A stretch of 64,000 bases of DNA from Eledone cirrhosa (GCA_964016885.1 OZ024755.1:35340001-35404000), one strand, 5' to 3'. Positions 36,897 through 50,410 are shown, counted from the first letter of the stretch. Notes: generated by a model from the sequence alone, not told the origin. Numbers and translations are program-made.

Positions 36897-38560
36897 ATTT
36901 AATAATTGTTTCTATTTTCGGCACAAGGCCGGCAATTACCCCAGTGCATTACTGGTACCTTATTTTATCGACCCCTTAAGGGTGAAAGGCAAAGTCAACC
37001 ATTTGTATTACATATAATGCTTTCTTGCTTTCTTTCTATCATTCTCTCTCTTCTCTTCAAGGCCAGCAATTTGCAGGGCAGGGGAAAATCGATTAAAACC
37101 ACCCCAGTGCATTACTGCTGCTTTAATTTATCAAGCCCATTAGGACGAAAGGTAAAGCTAAGCTTGGCAGGATTTTAACTGACTGTCAAGGGGTGTAACT
37201 CTATACTGCAAAGCATGGTGTCCAACTCTCGACCAATACTGCCAGTCCCCCACCCTATTTAATAGATAGATATCTTTCTTTATTTGCCACAGGGGGCGTA
37301 CAAAAATGGGGCATTAGAAGACGTGACGGTAGGGGTTTTACATAAAATCTTTAACAATGATAAATAACAATAAACTATATAAAAATAAAACAATTGAAAT
37401 CCCCATTTTTTTTTGGGGGGGGGGGGGGTAACGCTACTGTGGGGTTGCTTTACACCCCGTGGATAGAACGACCCTCAACACCAGGAACACGTATTGTAGG
37501 TGTTCCTGTCTTCCCTCTGTTTATCTTCCTCAACCTACAGGTTTATATTACAGAGAAAGCCCATTCACCCGGGCCATTTTCACCACATTCACCCACCTTT
37601 CAGCAAATTTACTGGGGTGTAGCACCTCTCTCTCCACTCTCACCTACCTTCTGATATATAGATTCATAGATGCTTAACTAAGAACTGTCTTCAAGTTAAG
37701 ATATTCAGATATTGTTAGTTTAGGTTTTACATTCTTAAACATGATTTATATTGTTGAGATATTACTGTGATGATGTATTAGTTTGGTGCAGATGTTTATT
37801 TTCTATAATAGAGAATCATATCAACTTTCAAATTAATAAATACTAAATGTGTGTGGTGGATGGCTGTAGTAGTATGGAGTGGTAGGGTTGGGGTTCTTTA
37901 CACAAACCATCAGTGTCATCGCACCTATGAATGTATATATCAGCAATATATTAATCCTTTTAAGTTGCTATCACATTATCTAACCTTCCAGCCATCCACC
38001 ACACACATTTAGTATTTATTAATTTGAAAGTTGATATGATTCTCTATTACAGAAAATAAACATCTGCACCAAAGTAATACAACATCACAGTAATATCTCA
38101 ACAATATAAATCATGTTTAAGAATGTAAAACCTAAACTAACAATATCTGAATATCTTAACTTGAAGACAGTTCTTAGTTAAGCATCTATCTATCAAATAG
38201 ACTGGCAGTATTGGTGGAGAGTTGGACACCATGCTGTGCAACATAGAGTTACACCCCTTGACAGTCAGTTAAAATCCCGCCAAGCTTAGTTTTACCTTTC
38301 ATCCTTATGGTGTTGATAAATTAAATTAAAATAAAGCACCAGTAATGCACTGAAGTCGTTTTAATCGACTTTCCCCTTCTTTTCAAATTGCTGGCCTTGA
38401 AGGGGAGAGAGAGAATGATAGAAAGAAAGTGAGAAAGCATCATATATAATACAAATGGTTAACTTTGCCTTTCATCCTTACGGGGTCGATAAAATAAAGT
38501 ACCAGTAATGCACTGGGGTAATTGCTGGCCTTGTGTCATAAGTAGAAACAATTATTAAAT
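36897..38560. repeat. Large local inverted duplication (fold-back)
   Basis: 37666-37866 vs 37989-38189 and 36897-37246 vs 38200-38560 are reverse complements, including the same SINE junctions. Confidence 0.85.
37265..37652 (-). mobile_element. L1/Tx1-like LINE 3' end with (TCTA)n tail
   Basis: REVLHPSKFAERWVNVVKMARVNG then UTR ending CCCTGTGGCAAATAAAGAAAGATATCTATCTAT; copies at 39315-39548 and 39553-39660. Confidence 0.6.
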
Positions 38561-38573
38561 AAAGAAACATCTA

Positions 38574-39182
38574 TCATCATCATCCTTTTACGTCCGCTTT
38601 TCCCTGCTTGCAAGGGTGAGTCGGGTCTTATTCAGCATAGCATCTCTCCACTTCTCACGATCCTTTGTCATCTCCACCGTGAGCTTTAGCGATCTGAGGT
38701 CTGTTACCACCTGCGCTCATGTTTTTCGTGGTCTACCTCTACTACGTCTTCCTTCAACTGGCATTTCCTGGCACTTCTTCACCCATCGGTCATCCTCCAT
38801 GCACATCACATGTCCATACCACCGCAGTCTCCTCTCCCGCACACTACATTCTATCCCTCTCAGAGACATTTTCTCTCTCAACACATCCATGCTGGGTCGT
38901 GCACGCATATTGACATTGCACATCCAACGGAGCATGCTTGCCTTATTTCTCTCCAGCCGTCGCATATCCTTTCTAGTTGCTGCCCATGTCTCACTACCAT
39001 ACAGCATCGCGCTCCTCACACAGGCATCATATAACCGGTCTTTCATACGCCGGAAGAAACCCCTTCTTCGTCAGCAGAGGAAGCAGCTCCCTAAACTTCT
39101 TCAAACCCGTCCTTATTCTAGACACTATGGCCTCGGAACACCCCCCTCCCATGCTAATCTGATCTCCTAAGTACCGGAAGCT
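38574..39182 (-). mobile_element. RTE-clade LINE 3' fragment with intact tail
   Basis: FRYLGD...RLYDACVRSAMLYGSETW...MLRWMC...RRLRWYGHV...GRRSRGRPRKT; tail CCCTTGCAAGCAGGGAAAAGCGGACGTAAAAGGATGATG. Confidence 0.92.
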
Positions 39183-40344
39183 ATCTATCTATCAAATTTT
39201 CTATCAATCCATCCATCTATTTATCTACCTTTCTATCTATTTATCTATTTACATTTTTGTACGCCCTTGTGGCAAATAAAGAAATATGTCCATCTATCTA
39301 TCTACCTTCTCCATATAAACCTGTAGGTTGAGGAAGACAAACAGAAGATGTCAACACCTACAAAACGTGCTCCTGGTGTTGAGGGTTGCTCTATCCACGG
39401 GGATTTCAATTGTTTTATTTTATATATACTTTATTGTGATTCACTATTCTTAAAGTTATTTTTAAGTAAAACCCCCACTGTCACGTCATGTAATATCCCA
39501 TTTTTGTACGCCCCTGTGGCAAATAAAGAAAGATATCTATCTATCTATCATGGAGAGAGAGAGGTGCTGTACCCCAGCAAGTTTTATGAAAGGTGGGTGA
39601 AAGTGGCGAGAATGGCCCAAGTGAATGGGCCTTCTCTCTATATCAGCCTGTAGATTGAGGAAAAAGAGGAAGAGAGGAAAGGGGTACAAACTCTTTGTAC
39701 TCCTGGAGATGAGGGTTGCACATTTTTTCGGGGGTATGTGTTACCCATATGAAATGTCTCCCCCTATTGGGGAAAATCGATTAATTTTTAAATTGCATTT
39801 GTGATAGTATTTTACATGTTTTTATTGTATGTAAACTTCCCCCTATTGTATGTAAACTTCCCCTATGTTGCGGTATTATATTGCAAATTATTGATAGGGG
39901 GCTGATGATTCGATAACGCTAAGTACCTTGTTCATGTTAATCTATTCCCCTCCATCTTTCTACCAATCTCTCTGTCTTTCTCCATCGTTCTAGTCCCTAT
40001 TTTTTTCTTTTCCTCCTCTTACCCCCCTCATTTCCCTTTTACCCTCTCTCTCATTCTCTCCATTCGATTTGTGGTTATATATTAACCCCCAAAATTTTAC
40101 TATGCAAATAGTGTCCAGCTGGTAATGGCTACCATTTGCACTGAGAATACTATAGAGTATATATATATACTGTTATATTTGGGGAAAAGTGTGTTTGAAA
40201 TGACACCGGTGCACTTAGCACCACTGATGTTCAAAATAAATAGGCCTGGAAAAGTTACTATGAGAGGCTGATGAATGAGAAGAAAAGAGACTACACCCTG
40301 TCCCAACAAAGACACCAGCTACTGAAACTGACATTTGCAGAGTC

Positions 40345-40775
40345 AATCTAATCTAATCTGGCCAAGTTTACACTCGCAAATAAGAAGAACCAGGGCTGCC
40401 CCTAGGAGCAATGGATTTGGTGTACTTCATATTTGTTTCGGTTGCTGAATACAATCAGGGGTCACTGCTTCTCCTGAAGGTCAATAGTTCTCCTCTAACT
40501 CGAGCGGGAGTACCTTTCCATTGTCAATTAGCTTTGATTATCCGCAAAGCCGCATTGTTCTCAGAACCACTACACCAGTCTTTTGATGCGTGCAGTTGGA
40601 ACTACTGTCACCCATCGATTTGGCAGGATTGCAGCTTATTTCTACAGCTGAGTAAACTGGAGCAATGTGAAATAAAGTGTCTTGCTCAAGGACACAACAC
40701 ATCACCCAGTCTGAGTATCGAACTCACAACCTTTCGATTGCAAGCCCAATGCTCTAATCACTAAGCCATGTGCCT
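40345..40775 (-). mobile_element. Full-length CORE-like SINE (about 430 bp) with (TAGAT)n tail
   Basis: tRNA head, CORE-like block and a 280-bp body shared by 4 copies. Confidence 0.88.
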
Positions 40776-40959
40776 ATACATGAGTCAAAGAAGCAATCAA
40801 ACAAATGAAGAATGGTAAAGCCGAGGGACTAGTCACTTGAACTAGTCTCCTACATAGTCAATCAGGTAATACAGGACAAAGTCATACCCACTGACAGGAA
40901 CAGCAGTACAATCATAAATTGCTACATGAGGAAAAAGTGATGGTATAGAAAGAAGCAAC

Positions 40960-41830
40960 TACAAGGGAATAAAATTAATGGACCAAGTTATGAAAGTGAT
41001 GGAAAGCGTTCTAGCCTTGATAATTAGAGAAGGAGCCAAATTAGACATAATTGTCTCTACTTTAGGCACAAGGCCAGCAATTACCCAGTGCATTACTGGT
41101 ACTTTATTTTATCGACCCCGTAAGGATGAAAGGCAAAGTCAACCTCGGCGGGATTTGAACTCAGATCGTAAAGGGACGTAACTATGCTGGAAAGCATGGC
41201 GTCCGACCCTCTACTGATACTGCCAATCCACCGCCCTTTTAGACATAATGCAGTTAAATTTAATGCCTCTGAAAAGATGCCTGCTTTTTTGTGAGAAAAC
41301 TACAAAAGAAGTTCCTCGCCAAGAATAAGCTGCTATATTTAACTTTTATTGATCTATAAAAGGCCTTTGCTAAAGTAATTTAATCTGTTATCTGGTGGTC
41401 CTTAAGGAAACTAGGTGTAGAAGAATGACTTGTGAGAGCAGTGCAAGTCATGCCGAGAGGAGCTGTCAGTAAAGTGCAAGTAGGAAATTAGTTTAGTGAG
41501 GAATTCAAGGTACAGAGTTTGGTTCTCAACCCACTTTTCTTCATTATAGTTCTCCAGGCCATAACAGAGTGGTTTAAGAGTGGCTGTCCATGGGAACGTC
41601 TCTATGTGGATGATATGGTTCTTATAGCTGAATACATAAAAAGACTAAAGAATAGTTCTGACTATGGAAACAGAATTTACTGAGAATAAATTTAGAAATA
41701 AAACTAAAGTGCTGTTAAGCAGGAAAGAAGACAGCACCTTGTTACCATCAAGGAAGTGGCCCTGCTCAATATGCAGAAAACAAGTAGACAGAAACTGTCT
41801 ATGAGGAACATAATGCAAATCTTGGGTACA
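40960..41830 (+). mobile_element. Highly degenerate RTE reverse-transcriptase region, interrupted by SINE A (41048-41236, -)
   Basis: Remnant motifs VMKVMESV, FIDL.KAF, WWSLRKLGVEE.LVRAVQ, VLNPLFFIIVLQA, GCPWERLYVDD. Confidence 0.75.
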
Positions 41831-41969
41831 CCACCATTTAACACCATTTTTCCATGCTAGCACAGACACTATTATCTCTCTCTCTATATATATATATATA
41901 TGGCTTCTGCAGGACTAGAACCCGAGATAAACATATATATATATATAGCTAGATAGAGACATACATACA

Positions 41970-42300
41970 TGATGATGGCTGCCCCCTCGTTATTGAGTAT
42001 GGCCATTGCACGATATAACATTATTAATAATTATCAATTAATTCTATCATGCAATGCTTGTGTGTGAAGATTTTTTTAAAGTGAGGTAAGACTGTGCACT
42101 GAGCCAATCCCACTCTCTGAGAGACTAGCTATAACCTGAAAAGAAGAAAAGATCAACATCATCGGTAACTACTGAGCCGCAGGTTTTATATCGAAGTTAT
42201 CCTAGTTTCCTGAGTTGCCTTCTAGAAGAATACCCTGACAAAGACTAGGGGTCCTTCACTCCCAGTGGTTTAACCGCTCAATCGGGTGTCCAGCCCGACT
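41970..42300 (-). mobile_element. Unclassified (possibly RTE-derived) short retroelement; inverted copy at 48590-48925
   Basis: About 330 bp alignable; its terminal 40 bp also occurs at 1799-1838. Confidence 0.65.
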
Positions 42301-42384
42301 ATTTCTATGTCCCCGCACATATACATACACTCATGCACATATACATATATATGTACATGTGTATATACATATTTACATATTTTT

Positions 42385-42556
42385 GGATGGCCGTTGACTC
42401 TTATGAGTTCTTCCGCCCTTTGTCAGGTTTTGTTTTTTGTCCTGCAGGGTGTCCAAAATCACCCTCCACACCAAGTAAACTTGGTGGGGTTGCTAGTTTA
42501 GTCGCCAACAACCCAACCATGTGACAGGTTGTACTGGGTTACATGTTACCAGTAGC
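42385..42556 (-). mobile_element. Short RTE-related repeat; second copy at 50859-51028 (+)
   Basis: About 170 bp of alignable sequence (gctactggtaacatgtaacccagtac...gtcaacggccatc). Confidence 0.65.
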
Positions 42557-42654
42557 CCCACACATACATACATACATGCATACATACATACATACATACA
42601 TACATACAGACCCTCAATACAAATCTTGAGAAGCTAGGCTTCACAGGAACAGAA

Positions 42655-42960
42655 AGAACACAACTAGTTAGGAAATTACAAGTACAATCCATTAATGGAA
42701 CAGTAAAAATATGTAAAACATTCCAAAAATTTTGCATATAATAACTGCATATACACGTGTACAGATACAAAGCATATACACATGCACACATACAACTCAA
42801 AACATACACATCCACACATACAATAACATCTATATCTACACATGCATACATACATATCTACCTAGTTGATGTTGTGTAAATTCCAATGAGAGAGTCTTGT
42901 GTCTATGTTAGAAACCGACTCTCTCTCTATTGGTAAAACTTTGTGAAATTATAAAACCAG
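42655..42960. repeat. Unclassified interspersed repeat (also 14480-14750 and 48308-48578)
   Basis: Shared caagtacaatccattaatggaacagtaaaaatatg...cctagttgatg...gttagaaacc...ctattggt. Confidence 0.7.
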
Positions 42961-44068
42961 AAGAACATACATACATACATACATACAAACAACAAATTTC
43001 ACACATAAGGTATTGTTCAGCCTGAGTTTATAGTAGAAGACACTTGGCAAAGGAGCCATGGAGTAAGGTTGAACTCCAAACCATATTGATGCGAAGTGAA
43101 TTCCTTAACCACACAGCCATATCTCTGCTTTTGTTCAACTTTTCCTAATGTTATTTAGATAAAGTTGCAAGTTTGGTTTTGGTTTTATGTAGCACCAGCA
43201 AACTAAATGAAAAATGGAATTAGCAGGTGAAAGCTGGATGTAGAAATAACAGTGTGCAGCTAATATATAGCCATAGGAACTATTGAATAATTAATATATA
43301 TGAGTTATGATAACTATCGTATTGTTCACTTGTTAGTAGAATACAAGACATAAATAATGATTCTAAGGTTCTATTAAATTTTAGCTTGACAACACTCAAA
43401 CTTACCCATATGTGTATGAGTGTGTATATAAGTATTTATACATAAAGTATATGTTTATATATATATATATTTTTTTTTTTTGCAAATTTTTGCAATGACT
43501 ACACATACTGAATTCATTTGCCAAAACTAGGTGTTTTCTCCCCTTTGGAGTTCACATGTGCTTTCAAAACATTGTGAGATCCTCGCGCAGAACAAAATGC
43601 CTGTTGAGAAAATGATATCCTTGTTCGATCATTATACCAAAAGCTTATTATATTTTTAAGCAGACAGTATTATTGATTTAGGTGTCACAGAAACCTTGTA
43701 TCGGATTTTACCATCATTTCCGAGGGTTCGGGTAAATATTTCAATCATATCTTATTTTGTTTGACCCGCTTAGCTTGCTCGCTTTTTTTGGCTTAGGTGG
43801 TTAATGGCTTCTTAACCATCGTCTCAGATTTTTATGGCCTTTTTTAATTTATGTTTATTGCTCTGGTATCTTCGTATCCATTGAACACTTGCCAACACAA
43901 ATCGGAAGTTGCATTTCGCTAATTTCTACTCGACGAAATGCAGGGCTCGTTAAGAGAGAAAGCAGTGATTCTTTGCTTAAATGTTAATATGCATTTATTA
44001 ACATTAAATATAAACATATATACCCAGTATATACACAATTACTAAAAAAAATAAAGAAAATATATATA

Positions 44069-44259
44069 ATAATTGTTTCTACTTTTGGCACAAGGCCAGC
44101 AATTATCAAGTGAATTACTGGTACTTTATTTTATCGACCCCGTAAGGATGAAAGGCAAAGTTAATCTTGGCAGGATTTGAACTCAGACCACAAAGGACCA
44201 TAACTCTTTGCTGCAAAGCATGGCGTCCGACCCTCTACCGATACTGCCAATTCACCGCC
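44069..44259 (-). mobile_element. SINE family A, full length
   Basis: Reverse-complement match; TSD tatatataataat. Confidence 0.9.
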
Positions 44260-44480
44260 TTATATATAATAATACAATGCTTACAGAACAGAAGCAAAGA
44301 TGGATAAAGGAAGAGGTGGACAACCGAGCCACCACCAGAACAAAAGACAGCAACATTGCGAGGAGTACTGGGAAATCTCTCTAATGATTTATGAGGCAAC
44401 CCAGCACACTCGCAGCGTTACCTCGGGTGATGGCCAGGCTGATGTGCTGGAACAACCAAGCACCCTCACGAGATTCTTAT

Positions 44481-44520
<40 letters not shown>

Positions 44521-45057
44521 TTCCTTAATTGTGTTGGAGGTAACCACAGTTAAAAAAGTACTCAATACATGGTAGAGTATAGGCATTTTTTTATATTTTA
44601 TATAGAAATGACTACCAGACTAGAACTGTTTCATTCATATGATTTTATACGAATGAAACAGTTCTCATGTAAAAGAATATATATATATACACAGTATATA
44701 TATATACACAGTATATATATATATACACAGTATATATATATAGTAATAATAATAAATTTGAAGACTAAAATCCAAAGAGGGCTCGATAAGGATAAATATA
44801 TAACCGTAGCGATTTTTTGCTTAAACTTTAATCTGTTATTTTAATAAATATATATATATATACACAATATGTACATACATAAAATAGATTATTATTATGT
44901 ATAGAAACTAAGCAATAACCAAATAAAGAACTCAATACGTGATTTAAACATTTATTTTTTTTAATTTGACAGTGGCTTTAAAATTTCACGAAAATTGTTT
45001 TTTTCAAACATTTTGAAAAGTAACAACTTTTCGAAAATATCTGAAGTCACTGTCAAC

Positions 45058-45224
45058 TGTGTGTGTGTGTGTGTGTGTACGTGTGTGTGTACGTGTGTGT
45101 GTCTGTGTGTACGTGTGTGTGTGTACGTGTGTGTGTGTACGTGTGTGTGTGTACGTGTGTGTGTGTGTGTGTATGTGTGTGTGTCTGTGTGTACGTGTGT
45201 GTGTATGTGTGTGTGTACGTGTGT

Positions 45225-45268
<44 letters not shown>

Positions 45269-45291
45269 GTGTGTGTATGTGTGTATGTGTG
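45058..45291. repeat. (TG)n microsatellite with TACG interruptions
   Basis: Directly visible. Confidence 0.95.
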
Positions 45292-45812
45292 ATTACATTT
45301 AAATGCTGATGATAATGATATACATCCACCTACACACAAACGATTTAACACAGCACATCTTAACCACACCCCCAAAATAACAGCTACCAATCACATTACA
45401 ATACACCTCCTTAACACACCCACTTCAGCTAGCTCTGTCTAAATAGACTTTTAATGAGTTGTGTTTTCCACAGATTTTCATGTAACCACTTGAACATTAA
45501 CTCTTCCAATACCATAGACATGTCAACTCTCCCCATCCAACAGGGAGATCTTTCACCCACTTTGGGTGGGTGACAGATGTCTTTTCTTGTAAAAATAGGT
45601 ATAACTTCCATTATGTAAAATCTCCCCTTTTTGCCTCATTTGTCCCTGTTTTGGGGACACTTTTTTTCCTGGTATTCCCCCGTTTGGGTTTTTTACAGGT
45701 TCACAGATCTATCATATCCATATACTTAAACAAATATTTTACATATTGACTGAAGAAACAGATTTCTATATTGATATGGTAATTGCGGGTTTGTTAGGTC
45801 TAATATTTCCAT

Positions 45813-46226
45813 TCTGGCCGAGTTTACACTACTCACAAATAAGAAGAACCAGGGCCGCCCCTAGGAGCATTGGATTTGGTGTACTTCATATTTGTTTGGG
45901 TTCTGAATACAATCAGGGGTCGCTGCTTCTCCTGAAGGTCAATAGTTCTCTTCTAACTCAAGCGGGAGCACCTTTCCATTGTCAATTTGCATCGATCATC
46001 TGCAAAGCCACATTGTTCTCAGAACCACTACACCAGTCTTTTGATGTGTGCAGCTGGAACTACTGCCACCCGTTGATTTAGCAGGATCGCAACTCATTTC
46101 TACAGCTGAGTAAACTGAAGCAACGTGAAATAAAGTGTCTTGCTCAAGGAAACAACACATCACCCTGTCCAAGAATCAAACTCACAACCTTTCGATTGCA
46201 AGCCCAATGCTCTAACCACTAAGCCA
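45813..46226 (-). mobile_element. CORE-like SINE, near full length
   Basis: Matches 40345-40775; flanking direct repeat aggtctaatatt. Confidence 0.88.
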
Positions 46227-46609
46227 GGTCTAATATTGTACAACTTAAACCATGCACGATAAATGCACCATGGTCAATAACCTCTCTAGTCCTGACACTC
46301 ACATATTTGACATCTATATATTTAGTTGGTTCATCAGAAACCATATCAACTGGTGCTCAATTTGACCAAATTCAATGTTAACACTACTATAGCTCTATCA
46401 GACCTGTCACCTCTCCACCGTCCGATGGGGAGATCTCCCACCCATTTTCTTGTGAAAATGAGTATACCTTTTGTTATATAAAATCTCCCCATTTAGCATC
46501 ATTTCTCCCTATTTTGGGCCACTTTTTTTTATAGTTTAGGCTTTTAGAAGTTGGCAAGTCTATAAATAACATTTTAAATTGCTCGCAACTCATTCAGAAC
46601 ATTACAAAT

Positions 46610-46898
46610 ATAATTGTTTCTACTTTTGGCACTAGGCCAGCAATTATCCCAGTGTATTACTGGTACTTTATTTTCTCGACCCCGTAAGGATGAAAGGCAA
46701 AGTTAACATTACAAATATAATTGTTTCTACTTTTTGCACCAGGCCAGCAATTATCCCAGTGTATTACTGGTACTTTATTTTATCGACCCCGTAAGGATGA
46801 AAGGCAAAGTTAACCTCGGCGGGATTTGAACTCAGATCATAAAGGGACGTAACTATGCTTCAAGGCATGGTGTCCGACTCTCTACCGATACTGCCAAT
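46610..46898 (-). mobile_element. SINE family A with tandem partial duplication of its 3' half
   Basis: acattacaaatataattgtttctact... repeated at about 46599 and 46706. Confidence 0.85.
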
Positions 46899-47539
46899 CA
46901 CAAATATAATGTCGTTGATAAACACATATAAACACATAAGAGAGAGAGACAAAAAAACATAAAAAAGAGGGAGAAAAAAGTGGTGGGGTGCCTCATTTCT
47001 CCCTGTTTCGGGGCACTCTTTTTCATGGTACTCCGCGTTTGGGTTTTTAGAGGTTGGCAGATCTGATACCATAGGCGGTGAATTGGCAGAGTTGTTAGAA
47101 TATCGGATAGAATGCCTTGTGTTATTCATTCTGCCTCTCTTCTCTCCGAGTTCAAATCCCGCCGAGGTCAACTTTGCCTTTCATCCTTTCGATAAAAAAA
47201 GTACCAGTCAAGTCTCATTTCCTCTCTCTCACTTTCTATCTTTCTCTGGAAGGAATTTGCTGTATTCAGACCTGGAGTGGGATGGGCTCCGCCAGGCTTA
47301 AATTACCCAATAAATGTTGTATGTCAACACAGCATGCCTACACTCAGGAGTTACAGGACCATACAGATCTGATATCAACTGTGTGTGAAAGTTCAATCTC
47401 ATCTTTATTCTCGGAATGTTAGCTGTAATATTCCAGTTGTTTTTCTGTTTTAAGCAGAAGAACTCAACAAATAAATTAGTCGACAGATTTCTCTTGATGA
47501 AATGGCTTACTTTAGATTATAAGGTGATGACACAGGACC

Positions 47540-48093
47540 CAGATCTCTGGACTTACGCAGTAATACAGAAAACCCAACTTCCCACAAGTACCAGATGATG
47601 CTGAAGCTTATAGACAGTACTCCCCCACCCCTCCTGCTGTAAAGTGGTCATGTAGGCACCACAGTAAAAAGCCCCAAGCCCACACTGTAAAGTGGTTGTG
47701 TAGGTGCCACAGTAAAAAGCACCCAGTCCACACTGTAAAGTGGTCGTAGAGGTGCCACGGTAAAAAGTACCCAGTCCACACTGTAAAGTGGTCGTAGAGG
47801 TGCCACGGTAAAATGTACCCAGTCCACACTGTAAAGTGGTCGTAGAGGTGCAACGGTAAAAAGCACCCAGTCCACACTGTAAAGTGGTTGTGTAGGCACT
47901 ACGGTAAAAACGCACCCAGCACTCACTGTAAATGAGGTTGGTGTTAGGAAGGGCATCCAGCTGTAGAAATCAAGCCAAAATCAGTTCTGTATAAGCAAGA
48001 CAAGGTCCCCCGACCTGGCATTGCCCACAACAGGACAACCTGTCAAACCCATGCTAGCCTGGAAGAATGGATGGAAAGCGGTGATGATGATGA
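47540..48093 (+). mobile_element. Non-autonomous RTE-tailed retroelement with 48-bp tandem array
   Basis: 48-bp units at 47681, 47729, 47777, 47825 and 47873; ends CCCATGCTAGCCTGGAAG...GATGATG; shorter inverted relative at 54117-54510. Confidence 0.82.
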
Positions 48094-48933
48094 TTCAAAT
48101 TTATCCAATAGAGAAGACCTGGTCTTCAACACAGGCACACAGCTTCTTCATTAGAATTTAGTCTATCATTTAAGCAGTCATGTACATATATCTGTGTGTG
48201 TATGTGTGTATGCATGCATGTTTGTGTGTATGTTCATGTGTGTGTGCACATGCATGTATGTATGTACATGTGTGTATGTGCGTGTGTATGTGCGTGTGTA
48301 TGTATGTCTGGTTTTATAATTTCACAAAGTTTTCCCAATAGAGAGAGAGTCACTTTCTAACATAGACACCAGACTCTCCCATTGGAATTTACACAACATC
48401 AACTAGGTAGATATGTATGCATATATCTGTGTAGAGGTAGGGATGTTATTGTGTGTGTGGATGTACATATGCCTTGTATCTGTACATGGAGTTATTAGAT
48501 GCAGAATTTTTGGAATATTTTACATATTTTTTACTGTTCCATTAATGGATTGTACTTGTAATTTCCTAACTAGTTGTGTTAATGTATGTATATCGGGCTA
48601 GACACCCAATCGCGCAGTTAAACCACTGGTAGTGAAGGACCCCTAGTCTTTGTCAGGGCATTCTTTTAGAAGAAGGCAACTCAGGAAACTAGGATAACTC
48701 CAACATAAAACCTGCGGCTCAGTAGTTACCAATGATGTTGATCTTTTCTTCTATTCGGGTTATAGCTACTGTTGCTCAGAGAGTGGGATTGGCTCAGTGC
48801 ACAGTCTTTCCTCACTTTCAAAATATCTTCATGCACAGGCATTGCACGATAGAATTAATTAATAATTATTAATAATGTTATATCGTGCAATGGCCATACT
48901 TGATAACGAGGGGGCTGCCATCATGTATGAATA

Positions 48934-49014
48934 TATTGGGTCGTCAATTTTGAAATTTCAGAAAATTTCTAGAAAAAAAAAATACTTCTACAAATTTCAT
49001 ACTTGACCCAATAT
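48934..49014. mobile_element. About 80-bp TA-flanked mini-MITE (second copy at 63797-63877)
   Basis: TATTGGGTC...GACCCAATA inverted ends; two dispersed copies. Confidence 0.6.
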
Positions 49015-49022
49015 ATATATGT

Positions 49023-49054
<32 letters not shown>

Positions 49055-49310
49055 AAAAAAGAGATGAAGGACCCCAAGTTGTTACAGAATTCTTCTAAGA
49101 GAAGGAATCTCTAATGTGAAAACTGTGGTTTACATGATAACTGGTCATCTGTCTTAGGCTTGTCAGGGGCTCCAATGGACTTGGATATTTCCAGTTCAGG
49201 GTCACACAGGTCACACACAATGACCAGATATCTAGAGCCATCTTTGCCTCATCTTTTCACTGACTTTTGGCAAATCTCCACAAAGGCATTTATTTGTCTG
49301 CCACCTCACA

Positions 49311-49407
49311 TTAACCCTTTAGCATTTAAACCAGCCATATCCGGCTAGAATCCTTTCACCTCTTTCTGTTCAAACCGGCCATAACCAGCCACTCATGTTT
49401 TTTTAGG

Positions 49408-49438
<31 letters not shown>

Positions 49439-50410
49439 GGTGTTTTTTTTTTTGTTTTTTTTTTTTTTATGTTTTGTTACGGTATTGTTCTCAAAATAAA
49501 TAATATCAAAGCCTCATAGATTCGATATTATGTGAAATAATCCTGTGAGGTAAAGCTTTTACTGTGAAAATACAGGGTTAAGGGCCATTTGTAGCATCCT
49601 TGTGGAGCAGCCATTTAGCACACTTGTTAACTTCTCAGTGTCCAGTGAAACATGGACACTATATATATATTTATTAAATATTTTTCAATCTTGTGTAGCA
49701 CCATATAAATTTGTCTGTTTGATTGCAGGAGTTCTAGAGTTTTATCAATGCCATTGAAGTAGGACTTTACCCTTTACCATTTACATTATTCTATACTATT
49801 GTATTTTAGTGGTAAAGTATTTATCTTACATAATTATCTCATATAATTGAATCTACGAGATTTTGATGTTATTTATTTTGAGAACAATACCTTAATATAA
49901 GTATGAATGGCCAGCAAGAGGTGAGAGAATGCTGGCCGGATACGGCCGGTTTAAATGCTAAAGGGTTAAACTGCTTAAGAACTGATTCATGTGTTTTCTG
50001 ATTCTGTATGAACGTAGAGTTCACTCTATTCTGAATCTAATTCATAGAAAAAAACCCATCAAATCGATAGTAAAATGTCTAACAAATGAGAAGTGATAAA
50101 ACTAAATACTAGAATTCAGGTAGTCTGCAGTAGCTCAAGGATTTTCAGCAATTTCCTAAAGTAGTAAGTGAATTCTAATATTAAACCCTTTAAGATTTAA
50201 ACTGGCTGTATCCAACCAGAATTCTCTCACCTCTTTCTGTTCAAACGAGCCGTAAACAGCCACTCATACTGATGTTAGGGTATTGTTCTCAAAATAAATA
50301 ATATCAAAATTTCATAGATTCAATATTATGTGAGATAATTATGTGAGATAAAGCCTTTACTGCAAAAATACAATAGTATATATAGAGTAATGTAAATTTT
50401 AAAGGGTTAA
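49311..50410. mobile_element. Cluster of three piggyBac-type MITEs (49311-49581 +, 49767-49968 -, 50182-50410 +)
   Basis: TTAACCCTTTAGCATTTAAAC / TAAATGCTAAAGGGTTAA ends. Confidence 0.85.

Noticed and set aside
40411-40764. Multi-copy ORF 'VYFIFVSVAEYNQGSLLLLKVN' as a gene family
   Set aside because: Antisense reading of a SINE body; copies differ by frameshifts.
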